Shown one piece after another: positions 8,330 to 17,387 of a stretch of DNA of 64,000 nt (position 1 is the first letter of the stretch; the number at the start of each line of letters is the position of its first letter). The stretch lies in NCBI GenBank assembly GCA_015064385.1, contig SVSI01000009.1, positions 126 to 64,125 on the forward strand, written 5' to 3'. The notes under the pieces were generated by a model. The model was given only the letters and a program-made list of their open reading frames with translations, was not told the origin of the DNA and ran no database searches. The position numbers were made by a program, and so were the translations under genes. The DNA is from Oscillospiraceae bacterium (GTDB lineage Bacteria; Bacillota; Clostridia; Oscillospirales; CAG-272).

Positions 8330-9169
8330 ATGAAAAATAACGATAAAAACAAAGCATATAAAAAGGACGGCGGCAGAAAGGATTCGTACCGCCCGAGAGA
8401 GACGCGCAGAGATTTCGATGAAAGCGAAAATTCCTGCGAGGCGATATACGGGCGCAACGCAGTACTTGAGCTACTTAAGACCGACCGCGATATAGACAAG
8501 ATATTCATTCTCACGGGTGAGCGCGAGGGCTCTGTGAAGCTTATAGAATCGAGAGCAAGAGAACGCGCCATTCCCGTTATAAACGCACCGAAAGAAAAGC
8601 TAGACCGTATCTCAAACGGCGGCGTTCATCAGGGCGTTGCCGCCTTCGTTTCGGAGGTACAGTACGCAGACGTGGACGATATCTTTGCCGTAGCAGAGGA
8701 GCGCGGACAGGCGCCCTTTATAGTGATCGCGGACGGAATAGAGGATCCGCACAATCTCGGCGCACTTATTCGTTGCGCGGACGCGGCGGGCGCTCACGGA
8801 ATAATCATTCCCAAGCGCAGAAACGTTGCTGTGACCGCTACCGTTGTAAAATCTTCGGCGGGAGCTTCGGGACACGTCAAGATAGCGCGTGTTTCCAATA
8901 TCGCAATGACGATCGACGCACTTAAGAAGAGGGGCGTTTGGGTTTACGGCGCAGAAGCGGGCGGAGAGGACGTATATAATACCGATATGACGGGTGCGGC
9001 GGCATTCGTCTTCGGAAGCGAGGGAAACGGTATCTCCCGTCTCGTTACCGACAAATGTGACTGCATCGTGTCTATTCCAATGTACGGTCAGGTAAACTCG
9101 CTGAACGTTTCGTGCGCATCGGCTGTCGTGCTTTGCGAAGCGGCACGCCAGAGAAAAGCAAAACAGTAA
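8330..9169 (+). CDS. rlmB: 23S rRNA (guanosine-2'-O)-methyltransferase, RlmB/TrmH (SpoU) family
   Basis: IYGRNAVLELL..., DGIEDPHNLGALIRCADAAGAHGII, FVFGSEGNGIS, IPMYGQVNSLNVSCA. These are SpoU motifs. Confidence 0.85.
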   Translation: MKNNDKNKAYKKDGGRKDSYRPRETRRDFDESENSCEAIYGRNAVLELLKTDRDIDKIFILTGEREGSVKLIESRARERAIPVINAPKEKLDRISNGGVHQGVAAFVSEVQYADVDDIFAVAEERGQAPFIVIADGIEDPHNLGALIRCADAAGAHGIIIPKRRNVAVTATVVKSSAGASGHVKIARVSNIAMTIDALKKRGVWVYGAEAGGEDVYNTDMTGAAAFVFGSEGNGISRLVTDKCDCIVSIPMYGQVNSLNVSCASAVVLCEAARQRKAKQ

Positions 9170-9215
9170 TTTCGCATAAATTTTTATAAATTCGAGTGAA
9201 AGGAGGTATCTTCTC

Positions 9216-11378
9216 GTGAGTGACGAAAAAAAGAACGAAAAAAACGAAGGTACTCAAGGGCAGCAGACACCCGAAAGTCCCTTTGTGAGCAGTAAAAAGA
9301 AGCGCGAGGAGATCCTCGAAAAGCTCAGGGCACATAACTACGGGGACAGATCGACAAACCCCGACATTCCCACGCGCCCCGAAAGGGAAAGCGAGGCACC
9401 GCCCCCGCCGCCCGCCAAAAAAGGCGAGAGCGTGATCTCGCAGATGAGAAAGGCGTCGCGCGCCATAGATCAAGCAAATAAAAATTCGCCGGAGGAAAGT
9501 AGCGGCGCACTTATTTTCGCCCCGAAGGTTGCGCCCACGTCCGAAGAAAATGAGGCGGAAACTACCGAAATTGCCGAGAAGATCGACCTCGACAAGCCGC
9601 GTGACGACGGATACGATATAAGTCAGGTGTTCGGTATCCCCGAGGCGCCGAAGGAACAGGAGGAGGACGAGCAGGACGAGCAGGACGAAATTGTCCCAGA
9701 AGAAGAATTCGTGGCGGCAAAGGAATTTTCACGGCTCAAAAGCGAGTTTTTCGTATGCCTGCCCAGACTTTTTCTGTGTATTCTGCTTGCCGTCGGAACC
9801 TTTCTTTACGAGAATTTTGAGATACTCGGCATAAGAAACGCCGTATTTATCAAAATAGATTCGGACGTCCGAATTGCAGCGCTTGCGGGAATGCAGCTTA
9901 CTCTTTTCGGAATTCTTATAATGGCAAAGGAAATGTGGTACGGACTGAAATCTCTTGTAAAGCTCGTGCCTCAGCCCGAAAGCTTTTTACCTTTACTTGC
10001 GGCATTCTTACTGACGTACGAGGCGTGTGCGCTGGCAACGCTCTATAAAGCGTTCGCGTCCTTCAACTTCGTGCTCTTTGCCGCCGGCGTTTTTTGTCTT
10101 TTTGCAAAATGGATGGATCTCTCAAGACGTCTCCACGCACTGAAGATAGTTTCGTCCAAATCGGTAAAGTATTCGCTCGTCAGAATGAAAAAGAGCGAGT
10201 CTGCGCCCGAGCGAAGGGCAACGTCCGGAATAATGGATCTTTCCGAGGATGCAAAATATATCCGTCTCGTAAGAAGCAAGAAGATAGTAGGATACCGTTC
10301 GCGCACCGAGGGCAAGATGCTTTATAAGCGTCTTTCGGGTGCATTTATCGTCGGGGCGCTGATAGCGGCTGCCGTGACCTTTGTTCTTACGGGCAAAAAC
10401 GGCAGTTTTATCGAAAGCTTCCGTACGGCGTTTACGGTGGTTATGTTCGTTACCCCCTTCTCGCTTTACACCGTTTTTTCCTTTCCACTATACATAGTAT
10501 CAAAGCGCGCCTCGAGATCGGGCGCGGCGGTGATCGGAGACTCTGCAAGCATAGAATATTCGGCACCCGCCTTCGTTACCTTTAACGATACCGACGTTTT
10601 CACCGAAAACAACGTCTGGCTGGACGAGGTCGCAATGAAGGACAGTGAGAGCTTCTCAAAAGGTCTTGCGTACGCATCGGTCGTTTTTGAGCCGATAAGC
10701 GGCCCTCTCAACCGCCTTTTTGCGGGCGCGGCAGACTACGAGGTCACAAATGAAACGGTTGAATATACCGACATTTCCGACGACGGCATCGAGGCGGTCG
10801 TAAACAGAGAAAGAGTCCGTATCGGACAGGCGTCGTATTTTGAAAAATACGGCTACGACCTTGAGGACGAAAGCGACGGAAATTACCGAATTATGTACGT
10901 TGAGATCGGCAACGTCATAGCCCTCAAGATAAAGATAGTTTACAACATTGACAAGGATTTTGAAAAGATACTTCAGAATCTGTACAAGAGCGGAATGGGC
11001 GTGGTCATTCGTACGAGTGATCCGAATATCGACATAAATATGATAGAATCGATAATCGGCACGGGACGGTTCCCCATAAAGGTTCTTAAATACAAAACGG
11101 AGCGCGAAAAGGATGTCGTGCGAGAGAGCACGAGCAGCGGAATCGTATCAAAGGGAAAGGTGCGTCCTATGCTCGAAACGCTTTACCGCTGCGATAGGGC
11201 AGGAGCTATTATAAAATCGGGACTTCTGCTTGAATTCGTTGCCTTCGTTATCGGTGTAATTGCCGTTTCGATACTTGGCGGACTCGGCGCGCTTGGCGCA
11301 CTCAGCTCGATATACGTGGCACTTTATCACGCGTTCTGGTCGGCACTTATAGCGGCTCTTACGCTTATCTTTGTGTAA
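9216..11378 (+). CDS. polytopic membrane protein with degenerate P-type ATPase architecture (probable pseudo-ATPase)
   Basis: GTG start after AAGGAGG. Acidic, Pro-rich N-terminus followed by several TM helices. Cytoplasmic region aligns by eye to P1B ATPase P/N domains but reads TPF, NDTDV and TSDP in place of CPC, DKTGT and TGDN. Confidence 0.6.
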   Translation: MSDEKKNEKNEGTQGQQTPESPFVSSKKKREEILEKLRAHNYGDRSTNPDIPTRPERESEAPPPPPAKKGESVISQMRKASRAIDQANKNSPEESSGALIFAPKVAPTSEENEAETTEIAEKIDLDKPRDDGYDISQVFGIPEAPKEQEEDEQDEQDEIVPEEEFVAAKEFSRLKSEFFVCLPRLFLCILLAVGTFLYENFEILGIRNAVFIKIDSDVRIAALAGMQLTLFGILIMAKEMWYGLKSLVKLVPQPESFLPLLAAFLLTYEACALATLYKAFASFNFVLFAAGVFCLFAKWMDLSRRLHALKIVSSKSVKYSLVRMKKSESAPERRATSGIMDLSEDAKYIRLVRSKKIVGYRSRTEGKMLYKRLSGAFIVGALIAAAVTFVLTGKNGSFIESFRTAFTVVMFVTPFSLYTVFSFPLYIVSKRASRSGAAVIGDSASIEYSAPAFVTFNDTDVFTENNVWLDEVAMKDSESFSKGLAYASVVFEPISGPLNRLFAGAADYEVTNETVEYTDISDDGIEAVVNRERVRIGQASYFEKYGYDLEDESDGNYRIMYVEIGNVIALKIKIVYNIDKDFEKILQNLYKSGMGVVIRTSDPNIDINMIESIIGTGRFPIKVLKYKTEREKDVVRESTSSGIVSKGKVRPMLETLYRCDRAGAIIKSGLLLEFVAFVIGVIAVSILGGLGALGALSSIYVALYHAFWSALIAALTLIFV

Positions 11379-11469
11379 TTTGGCTTTGACAGAAAAGCAC
11401 CGTGTAAACCGATAAATATGCCAAAACTACTTATAAATTCAACTATTCTATTGTCATTTTGGAAAAGCA

Positions 11470-11498
11470 TTGACATTCTTTTCTTTATGAGATATAGT
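11470..11498 (+). promoter_or_regulatory. sigma-A promoter upstream of the interrupted lipoprotein gene
   Basis: TTGACA (11470-11475), 17 bp spacer, TATAGT (11493-11498). Confidence 0.6.
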
Positions 11499-11546
11499 GT
11501 GGGTGAAGAGAAAAGCAAAAGCTTTTCCGAATATAAGGAGGTTTAC

Positions 11547-12437
11547 ATGAAAAACTTAATTACTAAGATTTTATCACTCACGCTCGCAGCACTTATGCTC
11601 CTCTCCTTTGCCGCTTGCAAAAAGTAAGATGCGGATGACAAGGTACCCGATAACAATCCTCCCGCAACTAACAACGGTGGGGACAACACCGGCAATGGCG
11701 ACACAAATGATGACGGTAACGATAACAGAGACAATTGGTTTGATACCGGCGATGGGGAAGATCAGGACGACGATGATGAGATTATCTCGGAAGCCCCCGA
11801 ATTTACTTACGATGGAATCTGGTGGCTCGGCGGACGCGGCAATGGCTTTATTGTTAAGTCTATAGACGACGACACTAAAGAATTTCAGTGGAAATCGGAT
11901 AAAGACGGAAAAACGTGGAAATGGAATGTAACGGCAGGTATTCTTGGTGACTCCGGAGCGCAGCCGATAGATCTCGAAGAGGGAACTATTGAGGCGATCT
12001 TTACGCCTGAAGCAAATATAGGTATTGCTTTTGGAGCACACAATTTTAATCTTCCTAAGGACGGAGCTTCCAATGTGCTCGGAACAGCAGACGTTAAGTT
12101 TTATTACGCACTCTACAAAAACGACGGCTCGATAAGCTTCTGCATAGATGGAGGAGACGATAATAAGCTTACGACCGTTCAGAAGCTCACTATTACCGAC
12201 GTTATCCCTACCTTTGATATCAATGCAGACGTTAAACTCAAGGTTGATTTCACGAAAGAGGGAACGATTAAGATCTGTGTAAACGATGTTGAAGTATATT
12301 CCTTCACCGGATACGTTCCCTTCGGAACACAGTTCGGTATGCTCACCGAGGATGGAATCGGATTTGAAAAGAACGCAGTTGTAGGAACGCTTAAGAGCTT
12401 TACCTACGTTGACCCCAACGCAGAAGTGGCAGAATAA
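11547..12437 (+). pseudogene. lipoprotein gene (Asn/Asp-rich linker plus beta-rich C-domain) interrupted by one in-frame TAA (11625-11627)
   Basis: AAGGAGG SD, then ATG 11547. Signal peptide MKNLITKILSLTLAALMLLSFAAC-KK, then TAA. The same frame then stays open for 270 further codons to 12437, which I verified codon by codon. There is no ATG/GTG/TTG in that frame until 12075. Confidence 0.65.
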
Positions 12438-12458
12438 ACTGAACATTCCTTCATAATT

Positions 12459-12501
12459 TTCCGCTGCGGCGTGCTTTAGTGCGCCGTGGCGGAATTTTTT
12501 T
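12459..12501 (+). terminator. rho-independent terminator
   Basis: Long imperfect hairpin 12459-12494 (TTCCGCTGCGGCGTGC...GTGCGCCGTGGCGGAA), followed by a T7 run. Confidence 0.75.
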
Positions 12502-12588
12502 CATATAAACGGCAAACTTTGCATAAAATGGTGTCTCGGGGACGCGTGTTTGGAAAGGCGCGGTTTTGACGACTTTTTCCGACAACGC

Positions 12589-12617
12589 TTGACTTTTTGT
12601 CAAAACGGTGCTATAAT
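12589..12617 (+). promoter_or_regulatory. sigma-A promoter of the repeat lipoprotein gene
   Basis: TTGACT (12589-12594), 17 bp spacer, TGcTATAAT (12609-12617). Confidence 0.75.
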
Positions 12618-12649
12618 GTGTACAAATAACTTGAAAAGAGGAAAAAAGC

Positions 12650-14356
12650 ATGAAAAAGATAGCAAAACTCCTATCACTTATTTTGGCACTTTTTATGATC
12701 GCAGCCGTTATGTTTGCGTGCAATTCGGACGCGGACGATACGGACAAGGATGATGATAAGCCGACGGAGAAATACACCAAGCTCACTCCCGAGGGTGTTT
12801 ATAACAAGATAAGCAAGGCAAAGGACGCAACTATAACCTATACACTTAAGAGTGATGGTTACGAAAGAAAATCGGTATTTACCAAGGACTCCGACAACGT
12901 TAAGGTTCATTACACGTACAGCTCGGGAACCGAGGACGTGCGCTACTTAAACCTTAAAACGGGTGACGCTTACCGCGAGGAAGACGGTCAGTGGTTTTAC
13001 GAGGTTGAAGAGGGCGCGGTTGAGTCCATAAACAGCGTTTTCGCACTCGATCTGGCGGGCGAATACGGCGATCTGTTCGCCAAGGAAAACGCTTACGAAA
13101 GCGACAACTACGATCAGTCGGGCAACGTTTATACCTTTAAGAGCGACGTTCTTGAGGGTATAGAAATGGACGAAGTAAAGATAACCTCTCTTACGATGAC
13201 GCGCGACGGATCGGTATATACCTTCGTTGCAAACGTTGAGGCCGACGGAGAGACCGGAACTATCGAGATCATCGTTGATTTTAACGCTACCGAGGTAAAA
13301 TTCCCCGAGAACGCGATAGAGAAAAAATACGAGGATCATATCATCACCGTTAAGGATACAAACGGAAATCCCGTAAAGAACGTCGAGATCAATCTTTACT
13401 ACGGCGATGGAAATTACGAGGATTGGGAAAACACCGACGAAGAGGGTAAAGCAGTATTTTCCGGAATTATGGTTGGAAGAAACTATTACGCAACCCTTTA
13501 TTACCACGGTGACAACGACGTTGAGTACGTCTTTGAGGAAAAATATAATATAAGCACTACGAACGAGGTTATCACCATTGCCGAGAAGGAAAAGGTGGTT
13601 TACACGGTTACCGTTACCGACGAAAACGGCCTTCCCATTCAGGACGTTGGCGTTGATCTTTTCTATGCGGAAAGCAACTTCTACGAAACGTACGGCTACA
13701 CCGACGCAAACGGACGCGTTGAATTCAAATTTGACGATCCGCACGATTACTACGTTAAGATCTACGGCTCTCTTGACGAATATACCGTAGAGGAAAAATA
13801 CTATTTCACAGGTAATGATCCCTTGAACATCACTCTTGCCAAGAAGGTGTATAAGGACTATCACGTAAGCTTCTACACCAAGGGCGGCAGTCCCCTCAAC
13901 GATGTTTATATCTATTTGTACGACGGAAACGATTATATCGACTCATTTTCCACCGACGTCAGAGGAGAGATCACCTTTAGGATGGAGGAGAAGAACAGCT
14001 ATAAGATCGTGGTTTCGTACCTGCCCAGCGACTATGATTGCCAGAGAGAGATCGGATTCGGGGACGGCAACTCCATTACCGTGATCGTTGGCGAGTTCTA
14101 TTACCACAGAGTAAACGTGTTCTATCCTAACGGAAATGCGGCTCAGGCGGTAAAAGTTGAGGCGTACGATAAGAGCAGCGACGGATACGTTACCGACTGG
14201 GGATATACCAGCGAGTACGGCTACACCGAGGTTAGCATAAACGACGGAAAGCAGTACTATCTCGTTCTTTCTAATCTTCCCGACGGATATACCTGCGAGG
14301 CAAGATATGATACGACCGGTGAGGTAACCACCATATATCTCATTGCAATAGACTGA
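12650..14356 (+). CDS. lipoprotein with N-terminal globular domain and four tandem Ig-like / carboxypeptidase-regulatory-like repeats
   Basis: Signal peptide with lipobox MFAC. Four repeats of about 80-90 aa of the type ITVKDTNGNPVKNVEINLYYG...TDEEGKAVF. Confidence 0.8.
   Translation: MKKIAKLLSLILALFMIAAVMFACNSDADDTDKDDDKPTEKYTKLTPEGVYNKISKAKDATITYTLKSDGYERKSVFTKDSDNVKVHYTYSSGTEDVRYLNLKTGDAYREEDGQWFYEVEEGAVESINSVFALDLAGEYGDLFAKENAYESDNYDQSGNVYTFKSDVLEGIEMDEVKITSLTMTRDGSVYTFVANVEADGETGTIEIIVDFNATEVKFPENAIEKKYEDHIITVKDTNGNPVKNVEINLYYGDGNYEDWENTDEEGKAVFSGIMVGRNYYATLYYHGDNDVEYVFEEKYNISTTNEVITIAEKEKVVYTVTVTDENGLPIQDVGVDLFYAESNFYETYGYTDANGRVEFKFDDPHDYYVKIYGSLDEYTVEEKYYFTGNDPLNITLAKKVYKDYHVSFYTKGGSPLNDVYIYLYDGNDYIDSFSTDVRGEITFRMEEKNSYKIVVSYLPSDYDCQREIGFGDGNSITVIVGEFYYHRVNVFYPNGNAAQAVKVEAYDKSSDGYVTDWGYTSEYGYTEVSINDGKQYYLVLSNLPDGYTCEARYDTTGEVTTIYLIAID
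13334..14347 (+). repeat. four tandem protein-coding repeats (about 240-270 nt each) inside the lipoprotein gene
   Basis: Repeat cores: HIITVKDTNGNPVKNVEINLYYGDG; YTVTVTDENGLPIQDVGVDLFYAES; YHVSFYTKGGSPLNDVYIYLYDGND; HRVNVFYPNGNAAQAVKVEAYDKSS. The repeats are diverged at DNA level. Confidence 0.7.
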
Positions 14357-14369
14357 TATAAAATCTTTT

Positions 14370-14403
14370 AATCGGAGTCCCGACAACGGGACTCCGATTT
14401 TAT
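14370..14403 (+). terminator. rho-independent terminator
   Basis: AATCGGAGTCCC (14370-14381) / GGGACTCCGATT (14388-14399), followed by TTTATT. Confidence 0.85.
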
Positions 14404-14435
14404 TCTTAAAACTTTTCAAAAAACAGAATTTTTCC

Positions 14436-14464
14436 TTGCAAAGACATAAAAAGTATGTTATAAT
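14436..14464 (+). promoter_or_regulatory. sigma-A promoter of the 961-aa orphan gene
   Basis: TTGCAA (14436-14441), 17 bp spacer, TGtTATAAT (14456-14464). It lies inside the N-terminal extension given by the ORF track. Confidence 0.7.
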
Positions 14465-14501
14465 CAAAAATAGCGTAAAAACGGAGAAAGGAGGCGCAAA
14501 T

Positions 14502-17387
14502 ATGGAGCTAAAGCAGCTTATATGCTTTTCGTGGAACGAAAACGATAAGAAAAAGGGCTATCACGTTTTTGCAAGATCAAACGGAATAGACGATATTGAT
14601 GTCGCTACCATAATGGAGCGCCTTGCTTACCGTATTCCCAAAGCGATCACGGCCGCGACGGTCGCAAAGCTCGCGGAGACGTCCCGTCTGCTCGGATATC
14701 CCACGAGAGGAGACAGCGGACTTCATTTCGTGGTACAAAGAGACATAGACGATCTCTTTCCCGTTGACGAAGCGTTTTTCGTTCTTCCCTCGGGTAATCT
14801 TTGCGCCGCAAAGGTCACCTACTGCGGAGTGGACTATCGGCTCTCGGTGTGGGGAAACTACATAATACACGCATATATTTTCCCGTACAGCGGATCCTTC
14901 CCGCCGGCAAGAGTTTTGATGACACAGCGCTTCAAAAAATATATATTGCCGCGCGAGCTGCTGAAGTGCGACGTGCAACGTCCTCTGCCTACGCTTGAAA
15001 TAGACGAAACGGACGACGGTCTTGACTCGCTTGCCGAGCTTGTAAAGGCACGCGGAGTTGCTTCGCTCACGCGAATGCTCGACTGCGTTTTTGCGTCTAT
15101 TCACAGAGACGTTGATATTTTGATAAACGGTACCGAGGAGGAGATATCCTTCTGGATGTACGCTCTGGAGAGCTTGCTCCCGCAGGAGATAGTGTCACTG
15201 CTTTCCTTTTCGACCTGCCGCTTTGCCGAGCAGGACGGCTCGCCCTTCAGAATAAAGAGAGTGGTTAAAAAGCTGGGGGATGCGCGTTCGTACAAGCTTC
15301 CAGTATCTGACGGGGAATACGTCTGCGCAGATCCGAAAAACAAGATCTTCTCGGAAAACGCGACGAAGCTTCAGCTTTCCGGACTTATGGCGTACCTTCT
15401 TCTCAGCGATCCCGCCGAGGCACGCGTGCTGCGCGATCTTATCGGCACTTATATCGAGACCAAAGGTGTCATAGATTCTGACGATATATGTCTTATATAC
15501 CGTCTCGCCCGCACCGATATATACGACTCGATCTCCGAGATCGAGCTGTGCGAGGCACTTGGGGGTCCCGTACTCATAACCTTCGGAAAAAGTACGGTAG
15601 ATAGGGTTATAGAAAAGTACCTTGATCTTCATTCGGAGCTTGGCGCAAAGATTAAGCTTTACGAGCTTCTTGCTACCTACCACAGCGATCCCGAACGTAT
15701 AATGGATAAGCTTTTCTACAAAATGCTTGACGATCTCGTGCGCGGAAGAATTGCCCCCCGCGATGCACTTGACACGCTCACCGAGGATAATTTCGGAAAG
15801 GCGACCTTCAGTCATATTTTGCGCGATCTTGAAAAAAACAGACCGATTTTCGAGAGCGCGATGGGAGATTCTGCCACGAGAAGCTTCGTTTTCCGTCTGC
15901 TGTTTGCGGGATTTTACGATCTCTCCGAGCAAAGCTCGGCAGATATGCTTATAGAGCTTATCCCGCACGCGATACGAAACGACGAGCGCGCTTATTCCAA
16001 ATTTCCGCAGTGCATCTCCGAGATGATCGACATAGTCGAGTTTGACGAGATGACCTACCGCAGAGTTATATACGCGTATTACGATTATTGCCGTACCGTC
16101 GGGGATTTCGCGCCCTGGTGCGAGCTGGTCACCCTTCTTTTCGAGCAGGGAAGAAAGCTCAGCTCGGAGGCGGGACTTTGCGCCTTTATCCTTCGCGAGC
16201 TTGATTACGGAGCGCTGATCGGATATATGATGCGTGGAGATAACGAAGCCGAGTGCGTGCTGTCTTTGCTTGGTTATCTGCGTCGATTCGGAGCAGTATC
16301 CGAGCGTACTCATTCAAATTTCGTCTATGCGAAGTTCGGAGAGTTCCTGTCTAAAAGCGCGGATGCACGCGTGATCGCTCACGTCGTTGGCGCGCTGAAA
16401 AACGAGAACGAAAAGCTGCTTGAGGTTCTTGAGCATTACGCGCAAAGTACCGATAAGCGTCTCGCTTTTGACGTTTATAAGAAGGAGATCGGAAATACCA
16501 AATCGACTGACGACGTATTTCTCGTCTCGATGCACTCGAGCTCGGTGAAGTATATAGCCACCGCTCTCGTTGCCGCAGAGGTCACCGACCGTGCAAGCTT
16601 TAACGATTATATTGAAAAGTGGTATTCAAAGGGATATTACGGAAAATGCTTCCAGAAAGCGTTCCAGAAAACTCTGCGTATCGTTCCCGAAAATGAAAGC
16701 TGGGAGTTTTTGAATACCGTATTTAGCATCTGCAAGGGAAGCTTTGCCGAGCGAAGAAGCGATTTTGAGCTGTTCGCATCCGCTCTTTCCGAGAAGATCG
16801 AGCTTTATTTTGCAAGGGAGAGTGAGCCGTCCGACATACTTTCCGAGATGAGAGACGTGGCAAAAGCGTGCGGAGCAAAGCTCCCGTATGCCTGCGAATG
16901 TATTCTTTGCACCAAAGAAACGCTCGAACAAAAAGGGGATATTTCCCTTAATCTGGCAAAGGAATTTGCAGAAAAGGCGAGCGAGAACCTTAAAGACGTT
17001 TACGTGAGAACGTACGGAGTGCGTCTGCTGGGACTCTGCTCGAGTGATATGGACGTAGAGACCATATCGGCGGCAGTCTGGCTTGCGGTCGTTTCGTCGG
17101 ACAGGGATAATTTCAAAAAGCTGCTCAAGGGCGCTGCAAGAATGTCCAGTGCTACGGTCAGAATACTCCTTACCAGAGTTACCGACGCGCTTATAATCAA
17201 AAAGGACTACGACAAGGTGGAGGAAATGATAACCACCCTCGCGGGCGCAATGAAAACGTCGGACTATATCTCGCTTAAAGAAAAAACTCTTGCGAAATAC
17301 TCGTGGGAGGAATACGGAAATATCTTCTTCCTTGCCGAAGAAAAATTCGGATATTTTGCCAAAAAGCGGCTTAACAAGCAAAAATAA
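14502..17387 (+). CDS. large (961 aa) cytoplasmic hypothetical protein, alpha/beta N-domain plus long helical region
   Basis: ATG 14502 follows GGAGAAAGGAGG. No signal peptide or TM helix, and no P-loop or other catalytic motif found by eye. Uninterrupted 2.9 kb ORF bounded by promoter and terminators. Confidence 0.8.
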   Translation: MELKQLICFSWNENDKKKGYHVFARSNGIDDIDVATIMERLAYRIPKAITAATVAKLAETSRLLGYPTRGDSGLHFVVQRDIDDLFPVDEAFFVLPSGNLCAAKVTYCGVDYRLSVWGNYIIHAYIFPYSGSFPPARVLMTQRFKKYILPRELLKCDVQRPLPTLEIDETDDGLDSLAELVKARGVASLTRMLDCVFASIHRDVDILINGTEEEISFWMYALESLLPQEIVSLLSFSTCRFAEQDGSPFRIKRVVKKLGDARSYKLPVSDGEYVCADPKNKIFSENATKLQLSGLMAYLLLSDPAEARVLRDLIGTYIETKGVIDSDDICLIYRLARTDIYDSISEIELCEALGGPVLITFGKSTVDRVIEKYLDLHSELGAKIKLYELLATYHSDPERIMDKLFYKMLDDLVRGRIAPRDALDTLTEDNFGKATFSHILRDLEKNRPIFESAMGDSATRSFVFRLLFAGFYDLSEQSSADMLIELIPHAIRNDERAYSKFPQCISEMIDIVEFDEMTYRRVIYAYYDYCRTVGDFAPWCELVTLLFEQGRKLSSEAGLCAFILRELDYGALIGYMMRGDNEAECVLSLLGYLRRFGAVSERTHSNFVYAKFGEFLSKSADARVIAHVVGALKNENEKLLEVLEHYAQSTDKRLAFDVYKKEIGNTKSTDDVFLVSMHSSSVKYIATALVAAEVTDRASFNDYIEKWYSKGYYGKCFQKAFQKTLRIVPENESWEFLNTVFSICKGSFAERRSDFELFASALSEKIELYFARESEPSDILSEMRDVAKACGAKLPYACECILCTKETLEQKGDISLNLAKEFAEKASENLKDVYVRTYGVRLLGLCSSDMDVETISAAVWLAVVSSDRDNFKKLLKGAARMSSATVRILLTRVTDALIIKKDYDKVEEMITTLAGAMKTSDYISLKEKTLAKYSWEEYGNIFFLAEEKFGYFAKKRLNKQK

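Noticed and set aside
11608-11865. 85-aa + strand ORF overlapping the start of the post-TAA region, and the 69-aa ORF at 11418-11627.
   Set aside because: The ORF at 11608-11865 is out of frame with the long stop-free frame, has no SD, and encodes Thr/Met-rich low-complexity sequence. The ORF at 11418-11627 is simply the signal-peptide part of the interrupted lipoprotein gene extended upstream through its own promoter.
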